The notes under the pieces are model-generated. The model worked only from the letters and a program-made list of their open reading frames with translations, searched no databases and was not told the origin of the DNA. From an uncultured Pseudomonadota bacterium (GTDB lineage Bacteria > Pseudomonadota > Alphaproteobacteria > JACZXZ01), in the NCBI GenBank assembly GCA_963749075.1, contig CAVVLJ010000021.1:672001-736000 (forward strand): DNA of 64,000 bases, written 5' to 3'. Position numbers and translations under genes: made by a program. Positions 40,013 to 50,221 of the stretch are shown in pieces. How positions within the stretch are numbered: the stretch's first letter is position 1; each line of letters opens with the position of its first letter.

Positions 40013-41419
40013 ATGGGGGAGGAGCTCCACAAGCTGACCGCCCGTGAGGCCGTGGCGCTCCTCAAGCGCGGCGAGGTCACGCCGCTCGAGCTCGTCGAGG
40101 CCTCGCTCGCCCGCATCGCCGCGGTCGAGCCGCGCGTCAACGCACTCCCCACGCTCTCAGCCGAGCGCGCGCGGAAGGCCGCAGGGGCAGCCAAGCGCAC
40201 GAGCCTCCTCGGCGGCCTGCCGCTCGCCATCAAGGACCTCGTCGAGGTGGCAGGCGTGCGCACCACGCGCGGCTCGCCCCTCTTCGCCGACCACGTCTCG
40301 CCCCGTTCCGATATCCTGGTCGAGCGCCTCGAGCGCAATGGCGGCATCGTCATCGGCAAGTCCAACACGCCCGAGTTCGGCGCCGGCGGCAACACCTTCA
40401 ACGAGGTGTTCGGCCGCACGCTCAATCCCTGGAATACGGCGCTCACCTGCGGCGGCTCGTCGGGCGGTGCGGCGGTGGCGCTCGCCACCGGCGAGGTCTG
40501 GCTCGCGCAGGGCTCCGATCTCGGCGGCAGCCTGCGCACGCCGGCGAGCTTCTGCTCGGTGGTGGGCCTGCGCCCGAGCCCGGGCCGCGTCGCGGCGGGG
40601 CCGCTCGCCGACCCCTTCGACAGCCTCGCGGTGCAGGGGCCCATGGGCCGCACCGTGGCCGACGTGGCGCTCATGCTCGACGCCATGGCGGGCAGCGATC
40701 CCCTGGACCCGCTCGCCTTGCCGCCGCCTAAGCGCAGCTTCACGGCCGGGCTCGCGCGCCCCCGCCTCCCGAAGCGCGTCGCCTTCAGCCCCGACTTGGG
40801 CGGCCTCGCCATCGCCGCCGAGGTCAAGGAGGTCTGCGCCAAGGCGGTGCTGCGCCTGGAGACCCTCGGCGTCAGCCTCGAGGAGGCCTCGCCCGACGTC
40901 TCCGACGCGCGCGAGATCTTCCAGGTGCTGCGCGCGCTCAAGTACGCCACCAACCACGAGGAGAAGCTCAAGCAGCAGCGCGACAAGCTCAAGCCCGAGG
41001 TGATCTGGAACATCGAGCGCGGCCTCAAGCTCGGGGCTGGCGAGATAGCAACGGCGGTGCGCGGACGTGCTGCACTCTTCTACCGCATGGCGCGCTTCCT
41101 CGGCGGCTACGAGCTCCTCCTCTGTCCCGCCGCCCCGGTGCCGCCCTTTCCCGTCGAGGAGCGCTACGTGCGCGAGATCGACGGCCGCCCCTTCGAGAAC
41201 TACATCGACTGGGTCGGCGTCACCTACGCCATCACCTTGACCGGCTGCCCGGCGCTCTCGCTGCCCTGCGGCTTCACCCGCGACGGCCGCCCCGTCGGCC
41301 TCCAGATGGTGGGGCGGCCGCGCGGCGAGGCGGCCCTCCTCGCCGCGGCCCACCTCCTCGAGGCGGAGCTCGGCCTCAAGGATCTCGTCCCCATCGAGCC
41401 CCGCCCGATCCGGCCTTAG
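40013..41419 (+). CDS. Amidase signature family protein
   Basis: LPLAIKD, GKSNTPEFG, GGSSGG, GSDLGGSLRTPA. Confidence 0.93.
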   Translation: MGEELHKLTAREAVALLKRGEVTPLELVEASLARIAAVEPRVNALPTLSAERARKAAGAAKRTSLLGGLPLAIKDLVEVAGVRTTRGSPLFADHVSPRSDILVERLERNGGIVIGKSNTPEFGAGGNTFNEVFGRTLNPWNTALTCGGSSGGAAVALATGEVWLAQGSDLGGSLRTPASFCSVVGLRPSPGRVAAGPLADPFDSLAVQGPMGRTVADVALMLDAMAGSDPLDPLALPPPKRSFTAGLARPRLPKRVAFSPDLGGLAIAAEVKEVCAKAVLRLETLGVSLEEASPDVSDAREIFQVLRALKYATNHEEKLKQQRDKLKPEVIWNIERGLKLGAGEIATAVRGRAALFYRMARFLGGYELLLCPAAPVPPFPVEERYVREIDGRPFENYIDWVGVTYAITLTGCPALSLPCGFTRDGRPVGLQMVGRPRGEAALLAAAHLLEAELGLKDLVPIEPRPIRP

Positions 41420-41519
41420 CAGGCGCACAAGAGGCGGCCGCGGCCGGCTCCGGCGGGCAATGCCATTGATTCCATGGATTTTTTATTAGAACAGGAAGAT
41501 TTTATTGCGGTTGCCGCGG

Positions 41520-41570
41520 TGCATCGCATCGTTTAGAGTGCGCCGCAAAATCCCCCATTGCACTGCACCA
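41520..41570. promoter_or_regulatory. Three TGC-N3-GCA palindromes (PhaR-box-like) upstream of the MaoC hydratase
   Basis: TGCATCGCA at 41520, TGCGCCGCA at 41539, TGCACTGCACCA at 41559, after an AT-rich tract. Confidence 0.6.
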
Positions 41571-41628
41571 ATGAAAGGACCGCCCCATGGCCTTGGACGT
41601 GGTGGAAGAGCCGCGGCGGAACGCTCTG

Positions 41629-42066
41629 ATGATGAGCGAGCTGCATGGCTATTACCTCGAGGATCTGTCGCCCGGCATGACGGCGCTCTATGCGCGCACG
41701 GTGACCGACGCCGACATCGTGCTCTTCGCCGGCATCTCGGGCGACGTGAACCCGGTCCACCTCAACCATGAGTTCGCCGCCAATACGGTGTTCGAGGGCC
41801 GCATCGCCCACGGCATGCTGACGGCGAGCTTCATCTCGACGGTGCTGGGCACCAAGCTGCCCGGCCCGGGCTGCGTCTATCTCGCCCAGAGCCTCAAGTT
41901 CAGGGCGCCGGTGCGCGCCGGCGATACGGTGAACGCCCGCGTCACGGTGACCGCCGTGAGCCGCGAGAAGGGCCGCGTCACCCTCACCACGGTCTGCACG
42001 GTGAGCGGCGGCGTGGTGCTCGAGGGCGAGGCGCAGGTCATCGTCCCCTCGCGCGCCGCACCTTGA
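41629..42066 (+). CDS. MaoC-family (R)-specific enoyl-CoA hydratase (PhaJ-like)
   Basis: FAGISGDVNPVH, RIAHGML, LPGPG, FRAPVRAGD. Confidence 0.9.
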   Translation: MMSELHGYYLEDLSPGMTALYARTVTDADIVLFAGISGDVNPVHLNHEFAANTVFEGRIAHGMLTASFISTVLGTKLPGPGCVYLAQSLKFRAPVRAGDTVNARVTVTAVSREKGRVTLTTVCTVSGGVVLEGEAQVIVPSRAAP

Positions 42067-42158
42067 CCCTGTCGCCCGCGCGCTCCTCGGCTGCGATGCC
42101 ATAGCCAATCGCGGCACAAGCTCCTAACCTTGGCGCCGGACAAGGGGACCGCCTCGCC

Positions 42159-43139
42159 ATGCGCGTCTTTCGCCACACCACGGAGCTGCCCGCGAGCGCC
42201 AAGGGTGCCGTCGTCGCCATCGGCAATTTCGACGGCATCCACCGCGGCCATCAGGCCATCATCGCCGAGGCCGGCCGCCTGGCACGCGCGGCCGCGGCGC
42301 CGCTCGCCGTCCTCACCTTCGAGCCGCACCCGCGCAGCTTCTTCCGCCCGACCCTGCCGCCCTTCCGCTTAACACCCTTCCGCATCAAGGCGCGCCTCAT
42401 AGCCTCCCTCGAGGTCGACGAGCTCTTCGTGCTCGCCTTCGACGAGGCACTCTCGCGCCTTTCGCCCGAGGGTTTCGTGCGCCAAGTCCTGGCCGACGGC
42501 CTCGCCATCCGCCACGCGGTGGTGGGCGACAATTTCGCCTTCGGCCACAAGCGCGCCGGCAACGCCGAGACGCTCGCCGCCCTCGGCCGGCACTTCGGCT
42601 TCGCCGTGAGCCGTCTTGAGCGCCTGGCGGGAGCCGAGGGCGAGATCTATTCCTCGACGCGCATCCGCGAGGCGCTCCAGGCGGGCGGCCCAGGGCGCGC
42701 CGCCGCCCTCCTCGGGCGCCATTGGGAGATCGAGGGCCGCGTGCTGCCCGGCGACCGCCGCGGCCGCAGCCTCGGCATGCCGACGGCGAACCTGGCGCTC
42801 GAGGGCTATCTCGAGCCGGCGCGCGGCGTCTATGCCGTGCGCGCCGGGCTCGACCGCGGCCGCGACATCGACTGGCACGACGGCGTCGCCAACCTGGGCG
42901 TGCGGCCGATGTTCGACGGCAAGACGCTCCTCCTCGAGGCGCACCTCTTCGACTTCGCGCGCGATATCTACGGCCGCCATCTGCGCGTATCGCTCGTCGA
43001 GCGCCTGAGGCCCGAGCTCGTCTTCGACGGCATCCCCGCCCTCATGGCCCAGATGGCCAAGGACGGCAGGGAGGCGCGCGCCGTGCTCGCCGCGGCGGGC
43101 GCACGCCAGGGCGAGCCCGTGCGGGGCGAGCGTGGCTGA
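42159..43139 (+). CDS. ribF: Riboflavin kinase/FAD synthetase
   Basis: IGNFDGIHRGHQ, TFEPHP, SSTRIR, GMPTAN, LEAHLFDF. Confidence 0.97.
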   Translation: MRVFRHTTELPASAKGAVVAIGNFDGIHRGHQAIIAEAGRLARAAAAPLAVLTFEPHPRSFFRPTLPPFRLTPFRIKARLIASLEVDELFVLAFDEALSRLSPEGFVRQVLADGLAIRHAVVGDNFAFGHKRAGNAETLAALGRHFGFAVSRLERLAGAEGEIYSSTRIREALQAGGPGRAAALLGRHWEIEGRVLPGDRRGRSLGMPTANLALEGYLEPARGVYAVRAGLDRGRDIDWHDGVANLGVRPMFDGKTLLLEAHLFDFARDIYGRHLRVSLVERLRPELVFDGIPALMAQMAKDGREARAVLAAAGARQGEPVRGERG

Positions 43140-43653
43140 GGACGAGGCTCAGCACGCCGGCCGGGCGCCGCGGCGCTCGACGAGTGTCCTTACGCTGGCA
43201 CTCGCCGCCCTCGTGATCCTCCTCGACCAGCTGAGCAAGTGGTGGATCGTCGCGCTCGTCATGAAGCCGCCGCGCGTGGTGCCCCTGGGGCCGTTCCTCA
43301 ATCTGGCGCTCGCCGAGAATACCGGCGTCAGCTTCGGCCTGCTGCGCCTCGGCGGCAGCTGGGGTCCCTGGCTGCTCTCCGTCTTTGCCCTCGCCATCGT
43401 GGCCTGGCTCTTCCTCTGGCAGCGCCGCATGGGCGAGCGCTGGCTCGCCCTGAGCGTGGGCCTGATCATGGGCGGGGCGCTCGGCAACGTGGTCGACCGC
43501 CTCTTGCGCGGGGCGGTCACCGACTTCATCGACGCCCATTGGGGCACCACCCACTGGCCCGCCTTCAACCTGGCCGATTCGGCGATCACCGCAGGCGTGG
43601 CGCTCCTCCTCTTCGAATCCTTGTTTAGGCGGCGCGAAAGCCCTAATACTTAG
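43132..43653 (+). CDS. lspA: Lipoprotein signal peptidase II
   Basis: DQLSK, NTGVSFG, GGALGNVVDR, VTDFI, PAFNLADSAI. Confidence 0.97.
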   Translation: MAEDEAQHAGRAPRRSTSVLTLALAALVILLDQLSKWWIVALVMKPPRVVPLGPFLNLALAENTGVSFGLLRLGGSWGPWLLSVFALAIVAWLFLWQRRMGERWLALSVGLIMGGALGNVVDRLLRGAVTDFIDAHWGTTHWPAFNLADSAITAGVALLLFESLFRRRESPNT

Positions 43654-43752
43654 GGCTGGCTCCTTGCGGTTTAGGCGCGCGGCGGCGGAGACGGGCTATA
43701 CTCCAGCACGACGCCGGCTGCGCGAGCGCCGGAGAGGCGCTCCCAGCGAGAG

Positions 43753-43791
43753 AGGCCAGCGGGAAAGGCCAGCGGGAAAGGCCAGCGAAAA
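43753..43791. repeat. 13-bp tandem repeat AGGCCAGCGGGAA, about 3 copies
   Basis: Copies start at 43753, 43766 and 43779. Confidence 0.75.
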
Positions 43792-43807
43792 AGGGTTGAG
43801 AGGTCGA

Positions 43808-44347
43808 ATGCACAGCAAGATGTTCGTCAGGGCGCTGGCGCTTGCCGCCGTCCCCCTGATGCTCGCCGCCTGCGATACCATCGACAGCACCTTCAAGGCG
43901 CTGACCGGGAGCGGCGCCTCCAACCCCAACTACGACCAGGAGCTGCGCGCCGCCGACGACAGCGTGCGCCGGCCGCCCTTGACGCTGCCGCCCGACTTCA
44001 ACCTGCGGCCGCCCTCGGCCACCAGTGCTGCTGGCGCCACCGACCTCACGGCGGCCCAGCAGGGGCGGCAGACCGTCTTCGGCATCGATCAGCCGAACGA
44101 CGCCAAGACCCAGCGCAGCGCCGGCGCCAGCACCGGCGAGGGGGCCCTCCTGCAGCACGCCGGCGCCACCGCGGGCTCCGCCGCGATCCGCCAGAAGGTC
44201 GACAAGGAGACCGACGCCCTCACCAACCAGCAGAAAGGCTTCGACAACAACCTCCTGAACCCGCAAGGGGCCGCGCAGGCGGACAAGGATTCGGGCTGGT
44301 TCAGCGGCCTCTTCGGCGACAGCAGCAAGCCCAGCATCGAGCGCTGA
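43808..44347 (+). CDS. DUF3035-like lipoprotein
   Basis: Lipobox LAAC, RPPLTLPPDFNLRPP, STGEGALL; usual lspA neighbour. Confidence 0.8.
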   Translation: MHSKMFVRALALAAVPLMLAACDTIDSTFKALTGSGASNPNYDQELRAADDSVRRPPLTLPPDFNLRPPSATSAAGATDLTAAQQGRQTVFGIDQPNDAKTQRSAGASTGEGALLQHAGATAGSAAIRQKVDKETDALTNQQKGFDNNLLNPQGAAQADKDSGWFSGLFGDSSKPSIER

Positions 44348-44420
44348 GCGCCTCCGCCGGCAGGCCTCATAAGGACGGCCCGCTTTGAGCACGGCCGAAG
44401 CCAAGGGACGGGAGCGGCGG

Positions 44421-45779
44421 GTGCCGCCGGAGGCGCGAGCGGCGGCGCTCGATTTCGAGCTGCCGCCGGGGCATCCCGCGGCCTATCACCAGACCATCGA
44501 GGCGTGCTTTGCCGAGCGCATCGGGCGGCAGGGGCTCGCGCGCGGCGACTACGAGGCGGTCCTCGCCGCGGCCGCACCGGCACTCGGCCGGCTCAAGGCG
44601 GCGCACGCGGCAGGCTCGCTCCCCTTCCTCATGCTGCCCGAGGCGACGGACGATCTGGCCCTCATCGAGCGCGAGGCCCGGCGGCTTGCCGCCTCCTTCG
44701 CCGAGCTCGTGGTGCTCGGCACCGGCGGCTCGAGCCTGGGCGGGCAGGCGCTCGCCGCCCTCGCCGACCAGGAGTTCGCGCGGCCCGAGGGGAGGCCGCG
44801 CCTCCACTTCCTCGACAACATCGACCCCGAGCGCTTCGCCTCGCTCTTCGCGGCGCTCGATCACGCGCGCACGGGCTTTCTCGCCATCTCGAAATCGGGC
44901 TCGACGCCCGAGACGCTGGCCCAGCTCCTCGTCTCCTTTGCCGCCCTCTCCGAGCGCCTCGGCACGGCGGAGGCAGCACGCCGCTTCACGGTGATCGGCG
45001 AGCCCGGCGACAGCCCCATGCGGCGGCACGCCGAGCGCTTCGCCATTCCCGTGCTCGACCATGACAAGGGTTTGGGCGGGCGCTTCTCGGTGCTCTCGCT
45101 CGTGGGCCTCTTGCCGGCGCGGCTCGCGGGCGTCGACATCACGGCCGTGCGCGCCGGTGCCGCGGACGTGGTGCGGGCGCTCCTCGCGGCACGCGAACCC
45201 GCCGCCTCGCCGCCCGCCGTGGGGGCGGCGCTCGCCGTGGCGCTCAAGCGCCGGCGCCGCATCGCCGGCACCGTCGTCATGCCCTATGCCGACCGCTTGG
45301 CCGCCTTCGGCATGTGGTTCCGCCAGCTCTGGGCGGAGAGCCTGGGCAAGGGCGGCGAGGGTACCACGCCCACCCGCGCGCTCGGCACCGTCGACCAGCA
45401 CAGCCAGCTCCAGCTCTATCTCGACGGCCCGGCCGACAAGATGTTCACCCTCGTGGTGGCGCGGCAGGCGGGAAAGGGCTTGGCCGTCCCCGCCGAGCTC
45501 GCCCGCGACCCGCGGCTCTCCTACCTCGCCGGCCGCACCATGGGCGACCTCCTGGCCGCCGAGCAGCGCGCCACCTACGACACGCTCGCCGCCGCCGGCC
45601 GGCCGGTGCGCGTGCTCGCCCTCGAGCGCGTGGACGAGCGCGCGCTCGGCGCCCTTCTCATGCATTACATGCTGGAGACCGTCATCGCCGCCGATCTCCT
45701 CGGCGTCGATCCCTACGACCAGCCCGCGGTCGAGGACGGCAAGCGCCGCGCCCGCGCCTATCTCGCGGGGCCGGGCTAG
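44421..45779 (+). CDS. pgi: Glucose-6-phosphate isomerase
   Basis: GTGGSSLG, ISKSGSTPET, GGRFSVLS, QLWAESLGK, DQHSQLQ, DQPAVEDGK. Confidence 0.95.
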   Translation: MPPEARAAALDFELPPGHPAAYHQTIEACFAERIGRQGLARGDYEAVLAAAAPALGRLKAAHAAGSLPFLMLPEATDDLALIEREARRLAASFAELVVLGTGGSSLGGQALAALADQEFARPEGRPRLHFLDNIDPERFASLFAALDHARTGFLAISKSGSTPETLAQLLVSFAALSERLGTAEAARRFTVIGEPGDSPMRRHAERFAIPVLDHDKGLGGRFSVLSLVGLLPARLAGVDITAVRAGAADVVRALLAAREPAASPPAVGAALAVALKRRRRIAGTVVMPYADRLAAFGMWFRQLWAESLGKGGEGTTPTRALGTVDQHSQLQLYLDGPADKMFTLVVARQAGKGLAVPAELARDPRLSYLAGRTMGDLLAAEQRATYDTLAAAGRPVRVLALERVDERALGALLMHYMLETVIAADLLGVDPYDQPAVEDGKRRARAYLAGPG

Positions 45780-45810
45780 GGCATGTCCGCTTTGCCGGAA
45801 CCGCGGTACT

Positions 45811-46122
45811 CGTCACCCCCGCGAAAGCGCTATGGGATGCACACATCTCGAGGAAGCTTGCAGAGCCATCGTGGGTCCTTCGAGACGCGCCCCTTCGGGG
45901 CGCTCCTCAGGATGAGGAAAATTTGTATGTGGCACAAAGACTTAACCTCATCCTGAGGAGCGAGCGCAGCGAGCGTCTCGAAGGACCCGCCGTAGCCGGT
46001 CCGAGGCTCCTTTTGCAAAGCGCAACACCATGATTTGCCGACGGTCTTCGGGCTTGTGTGCATCCCGTAGCGCGCAAGCGGGGGTCCGCGGCCGATGGAT
46101 TCCCGCTTTCGCGGGAATGACG
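45811..46122. mobile_element. Three-layer nested REP / MITE / palindromic element
   Basis: Outer REP (GTCACCCCCGCGAAAGCG...TTCCCGCTTTCGCGGGAATGAC) split by an element with TIRs at 45827-45845 and 46055-46073, which contains a CCTCAGGATGAG/CTCATCCTGAGG palindrome at 45871-45990. Confidence 0.75.
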
Positions 46123-46186
46123 ATGATGGCGGCAATGGCAATCGGGGTTATCCTCATTTAGCGGAGCGTCAGGCGGAAAGCGATCC

Positions 46187-47981
46187 ATGAGCATTCGCCG
46201 GCTGCCCTTGAACCTGGTCAACCAGATCGCCGCCGGCGAGGTGGTGGAGCGCCCGGCCGCGGCCTTGAAGGAGCTCATCGAGAACGCCCTCGACGCCGGG
46301 GCTAGCCGCATCGAGGCGGCGCTTCGCGAGGGCGGGCGCACGCTCATCGCGGTCGCGGACGACGGCTCAGGCATGACGGCGGACGAGCTCCTCCTCGCCG
46401 TCGAGCGCCACGCCACCTCGAAGCTCCCCGAGGACGATTTGACGCGCATCGCCACCTTGGGCTTCCGCGGCGAGGCGCTGCCCTCGATCGGCGCCGTCTC
46501 GCGCATGACGATTGCGAGCCGCGCGCGGGGTGCGTCCGACGCCTGGAGCCTCGCGGTCGAGGGCGGCGAGGTCGGCCGGCCGCAGCCGGCAGCGCAACCG
46601 ACGGGCACGCGCGTCGAGGTGCGCGACCTCTTCTACGCGACGCCGGCCAGGCTCAAATTCATGAAGTCCGAGCGCAGCGAGCTCTTGGCCGCCATCGACG
46701 TGGTGAACCGCCTCGCCATGGCGCATCCGGCGGTGGCCTTCGCGCTCTCCGACGGCGCCCGCGCCTCCGTCAAGCTGCAGGCGGCCCAAGGCGATCTCCT
46801 GGACGCGCGGCTCGGGCGGCTCGAAGCGGTGATGGGCCGCGAGTTCGCCGACAATGCGCTGCCAATCGCCGCCGAGCGCGAGGGCATCGGCCTCTCGGGC
46901 TATGCCGGCGTGCCGACGCTCAACCGTGCGACCGCGCAGCACCAGTACCTCTTCGTCAACGGCCGGCCGGTGCGCGACAAGCTCCTCTTCGGCGCCGTGC
47001 GCGGCGCCTACCAGGATTTCCTCGCGCGCGACCGCCACGCCATGCTCGCCCTCTTCCTCGAGCTCGCACCCGAGCTCGTCGACGTGAACGTGCATCCGAG
47101 CAAGGCCGAGGTGCGCTTCCGCGATGCCGGCCTGGTGCGCGGCCTCATCGTGAGTGCCTTGAAGCACGCGCTGGCGGCTGCCGGCCACCGCGCCTCGACC
47201 ACCGTGGCCCACGCCGCGCTCGGCGCCTTCCAGCCGGCGTCGTCACCGGCCTATGGCCGCGGCGCGGGCCACCTGCCGCGCGGCCTCGCCGAGGCGGCGG
47301 CGGCCTATTTCGCACCGGCCGCGGGCGAGGCGTTGCCGGGCCTGGCCGCGGCGCCCGAGGTGCGGCCGCTCGCGGCGGACGCTGGCGAGGACGAGACCGC
47401 CTATCCCTTGGGCGCCCCGCGGGCCCAGCTCCACGGCACCTACATCGTGGCCGAGACGGCCGACGGCATCGTCATCGTCGACCAGCACGCGGCCCACGAG
47501 CGCCTCGTCTACGAGCGCATGAAGCGGGCCCTCGAGGGGCGCGGCGTCGCCCGCCAGCTCCTCCTCATCCCCGAGGTCGTCGAGCTCGACGAGCCCGCGG
47601 CCGAGCGCCTCTCGCGCCGTGCTGCCGAGCTCGCCGAGCTCGGCCTCGTCCTCGAGCCCTTCGGCCCGGGTGCGGTCGTCGTGCGCGAGATGCCGGCGCT
47701 CTTGGGCGAGTGCGACATTGCGAGGCCTCGTGCGCGATCTCGCCGACGAGCTGGCCGAGCTCGGCCAGGCGCTCTCCTTGAAGGAGCGCCTCGAGGAGGT
47801 CTGCGGCACGCTCGCCTGCCACACGAGCGTGCGCGCCGGAAGGCGCTTGGGCCGCGCCGAGATGTCGGCGCTCCTGCGCGAGATGGAGGCCACCCCCCAC
47901 TCCGGCCAGTGCAACCACGGCCGCCCCACCTACGTCGAGCTCAAGCGCGCGGATATCGAGCGGTTGTTCGGGCGGCGCTAA
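46187..47981 (+). CDS. mutL: DNA mismatch repair protein MutL; frameshift near 47723
   Basis: [33 protein letters not shown]; C-terminal ACH..VRAG..CNHGRPT lies in the adjacent frame. Confidence 0.95.
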
Positions 47982-47982
47982 G

Positions 47983-48137
47983 TTCCCCTCTCCTCCTTCA
48001 GGAGGAGAGGGTCAGGGTGAGGAGGTCGCGCTGCAAGGCACGTTGTCGGCCGCAGAAGCGCGCAAGCACCCGGCCTCCTCACCTTCCCATCGCTTCGCGA
48101 TGGGCCCCTTCCTCTCCTCCTGAAGGAGGAGAGGGAA
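47983..48137. repeat. REP-like palindromic element (CCCTCTCCTCCTTCAGGAGGAGAGGG family), copy 1
   Basis: Terminal hairpins in inverted orientation; near-identical to 59914-60069; lies between convergent genes. Confidence 0.85.
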
Positions 48138-48140
48138 TGG

Positions 48141-48740
48141 TTAAGGGCTTGCTTCTGCCGCCTGCCAGCGCAGGAAGAGGAGGCGGGTGCGGCCGTAGTG
48201 GCGCTCGTCGAGTAGGGCGAAGCCCGCGGGGAGGGGAAAGGATTCGCGGCGGTCGAGCTCGACGACGGCGAGCGCTCCGGGCTTGAGCCAGCCGGCCGCG
48301 GCGAGGGCTTGAAGTGCCGCGGGTGCGAGGCCGCTCCTATAGGGCGGGTCGAGGAAGACGAGATCGCGCGGGCCCGGGCCGCCGCGCACCTTCTCGCGCA
48401 ACGGCGGGCGGCAGACGTTGGCCTGGAGGAGGGTGGCGTGCGCCTCCTCGCCGAGCGATTTCAAATTTCGCCGGGCGCATTCGAGCGCGCTCAGGTCGGA
48501 ATCGAGGAACACCACATGGGCAGCACCGTGGGAGAGCGCCTCGAGGCCGAGGGCGCCCGAGCCGGCGCAGGCGTCGAGCACCGCTGCCTCCTCGACGAGC
48601 GGGCCGTCCTCGGCGGCGATGCGGCCTTGGAGGAGGATGTTGAAGAGGCTCTCGCGCACGCGGTCCTGGGTCGGCCGCACCGATTCGTCCTCGGGCGCCG
48701 CGATGGTGCGGCCGCGGTGCCTACCCGCGGTGATGCGCAT
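48141..48740 (-). CDS. rsmD: 16S rRNA m2G966 methyltransferase
   Basis: [40 protein letters not shown]. Confidence 0.95.
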   Translation of the reverse strand: MRITAGRHRGRTIAAPEDESVRPTQDRVRESLFNILLQGRIAAEDGPLVEEAAVLDACAGSGALGLEALSHGAAHVVFLDSDLSALECARRNLKSLGEEAHATLLQANVCRPPLREKVRGGPGPRDLVFLDPPYRSGLAPAALQALAAAGWLKPGALAVVELDRRESFPLPAGFALLDERHYGRTRLLFLRWQAAEASP

Positions 48741-49503
48741 GACGGCCGCCAGCACCCGCGAGCTCCTTCCAGGCAGCACCCAGCTGGTCGCGCAGGACCC
48801 GCCGCTGCACCTCCTCGACGCGGCCGCGCGGCAGCTCGCCCAACTGGAACGGCCCGTAGGCGATGCGGATGAGGCGGTTCACCCTGAGCCCGAGATGCTC
48901 GAGCACGCGCCGCACCTCGCGGTTCTTCCCCTCGCGCAAGCTGACCGTGAGCCAGACGTTCGCCCCCTGCACGCGGTCGCGGGTGGCATCGATCGCGCCA
49001 TAGGCCACGCCGTCGATGCGGATGCCGCGCGCGAGGTCCTTGAGCCGCCCCTCCTCGACGCTGCCGTAGGCGCGCACGCGGTAGCGCCGGAGCCAGCCGG
49101 TCGCCGGCAGCTCGAGGTGGCGCGCGAGCGCCCCGTCGTTGGTCAAGAGCAAGAGCCCCTCGGAGGCGAGGTCGAGGCGGCCCACGGCCACCACGCGCGG
49201 AAGCTCGGGCGGCAGCTTCTCGAAGACCGTGGCGCGGCCTTGCGGGTCGCGCGTGGTGGTCAAGAGGCCGGCGGGCTTGTGGTAGCGGAAGAGGCGCGGC
49301 GGCTCGCGCTCGGGGAGCGGCTTCCCGTCGACCACGATTAGGCTCGCCTCGCCCACCACGACCGCGGGCGTCTTCAAGACCTTGCCGTCGACCGCGACGC
49401 GGCCGTCTGCGATCCAGCGCTCGGCCTCGCGCCGCGAGCAGAGGCCGGCGCGCGCGAGGCGCTTGGCGATGCGCTCGCCCTTGGCTTCCCCGCCGTCCGC
49501 CAC
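48721..49503 (-). CDS. rRNA pseudouridine synthase (RluB/RsuA family)
   Basis: S4 domain (SRREAERWI), YHKPAG, VGRLDLASEGLLLLTNDG, EGKNREVRR. Confidence 0.93.
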   Translation of the reverse strand: MADGGEAKGERIAKRLARAGLCSRREAERWIADGRVAVDGKVLKTPAVVVGEASLIVVDGKPLPEREPPRLFRYHKPAGLLTTTRDPQGRATVFEKLPPELPRVVAVGRLDLASEGLLLLTNDGALARHLELPATGWLRRYRVRAYGSVEEGRLKDLARGIRIDGVAYGAIDATRDRVQGANVWLTVSLREGKNREVRRVLEHLGLRVNRLIRIAYGPFQLGELPRGRVEEVQRRVLRDQLGAAWKELAGAGGRHAHHRG

Positions 49504-49507
49504 CGGC

Positions 49508-50221
49508 TCAGCCTGCCGCGGCGGCCACGAAGGCGGCGAGGATGCGCCCGTCGCCCGGGCTGATGAGGAACTCGGGATGCCACTGCACGCCCAAGCAGAA
49601 GCGGTAGCCGCGGTGCTCGATGCCCTCGATGATGCCGTCCTCGGCGAGCGCGTTGACGACGACGCCGGAGCCGACCTCCTTGGCCGCCTGGTGGTGGGCG
49701 GAATTGACGGCGAGCTCGTCCAAGCCGGTGATCTCGTGGAGGAGTGTCCCGCGCTCGACGCGCACGGTGTGGCCCGCCTCGGTGCGCGGGTTGGGCTGCT
49801 CGTGGGGGAGCGCTCCCTCGACCTCGTCCGGGATGTGCTGGATGAGGGTGCCGCCGAGGGCCACGTTCAAGAGCTGCTGGCCGCCGCAGATGCCGAGCAC
49901 CGGCATATTGCACCTGAGCGCCGCCTCGAGGATGGCGCGCTCGAAGGCCGTGCGGCCGTCCTTGGTCTTGACCGTGGGGTGGCGCGTCGTGGCGCCGAAG
50001 AGGGCGGGGTCCACGTCGAAGGCGCCGCCGGTGACGACGAGGCCGTCGAGCCGCTCGAGATAATCCTCCGCGCGCTCGGGCTCGTGGGGCAGCAAGACCG
50101 GCAGCCCGCCCGCCGCAACGATGGTCTCGGCATAGTTCTGGCGCAGCGCATACCACGGCAGCTTGGAATAGCCGCCCGGCGGCTCCGCATCGAGGGTGAG
50201 GCCGATGGCAGGGCGAGTCAT
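49508..50221 (-). CDS. Gamma-glutamyl-GABA hydrolase family (peptidase C26)
   Basis: LVVTGG, LGICGGQQ, VNSAHHQ, GVQWHPE. Confidence 0.92.
   Translation of the reverse strand: MTRPAIGLTLDAEPPGGYSKLPWYALRQNYAETIVAAGGLPVLLPHEPERAEDYLERLDGLVVTGGAFDVDPALFGATTRHPTVKTKDGRTAFERAILEAALRCNMPVLGICGGQQLLNVALGGTLIQHIPDEVEGALPHEQPNPRTEAGHTVRVERGTLLHEITGLDELAVNSAHHQAAKEVGSGVVVNALAEDGIIEGIEHRGYRFCLGVQWHPEFLISPGDGRILAAFVAAAAG

Noticed and set aside
46187-48286. 699-aa MutL with a novel C-terminus
   Set aside because: Run-on after the frameshift near 47723; the canonical end is in another frame and stops at 47981.
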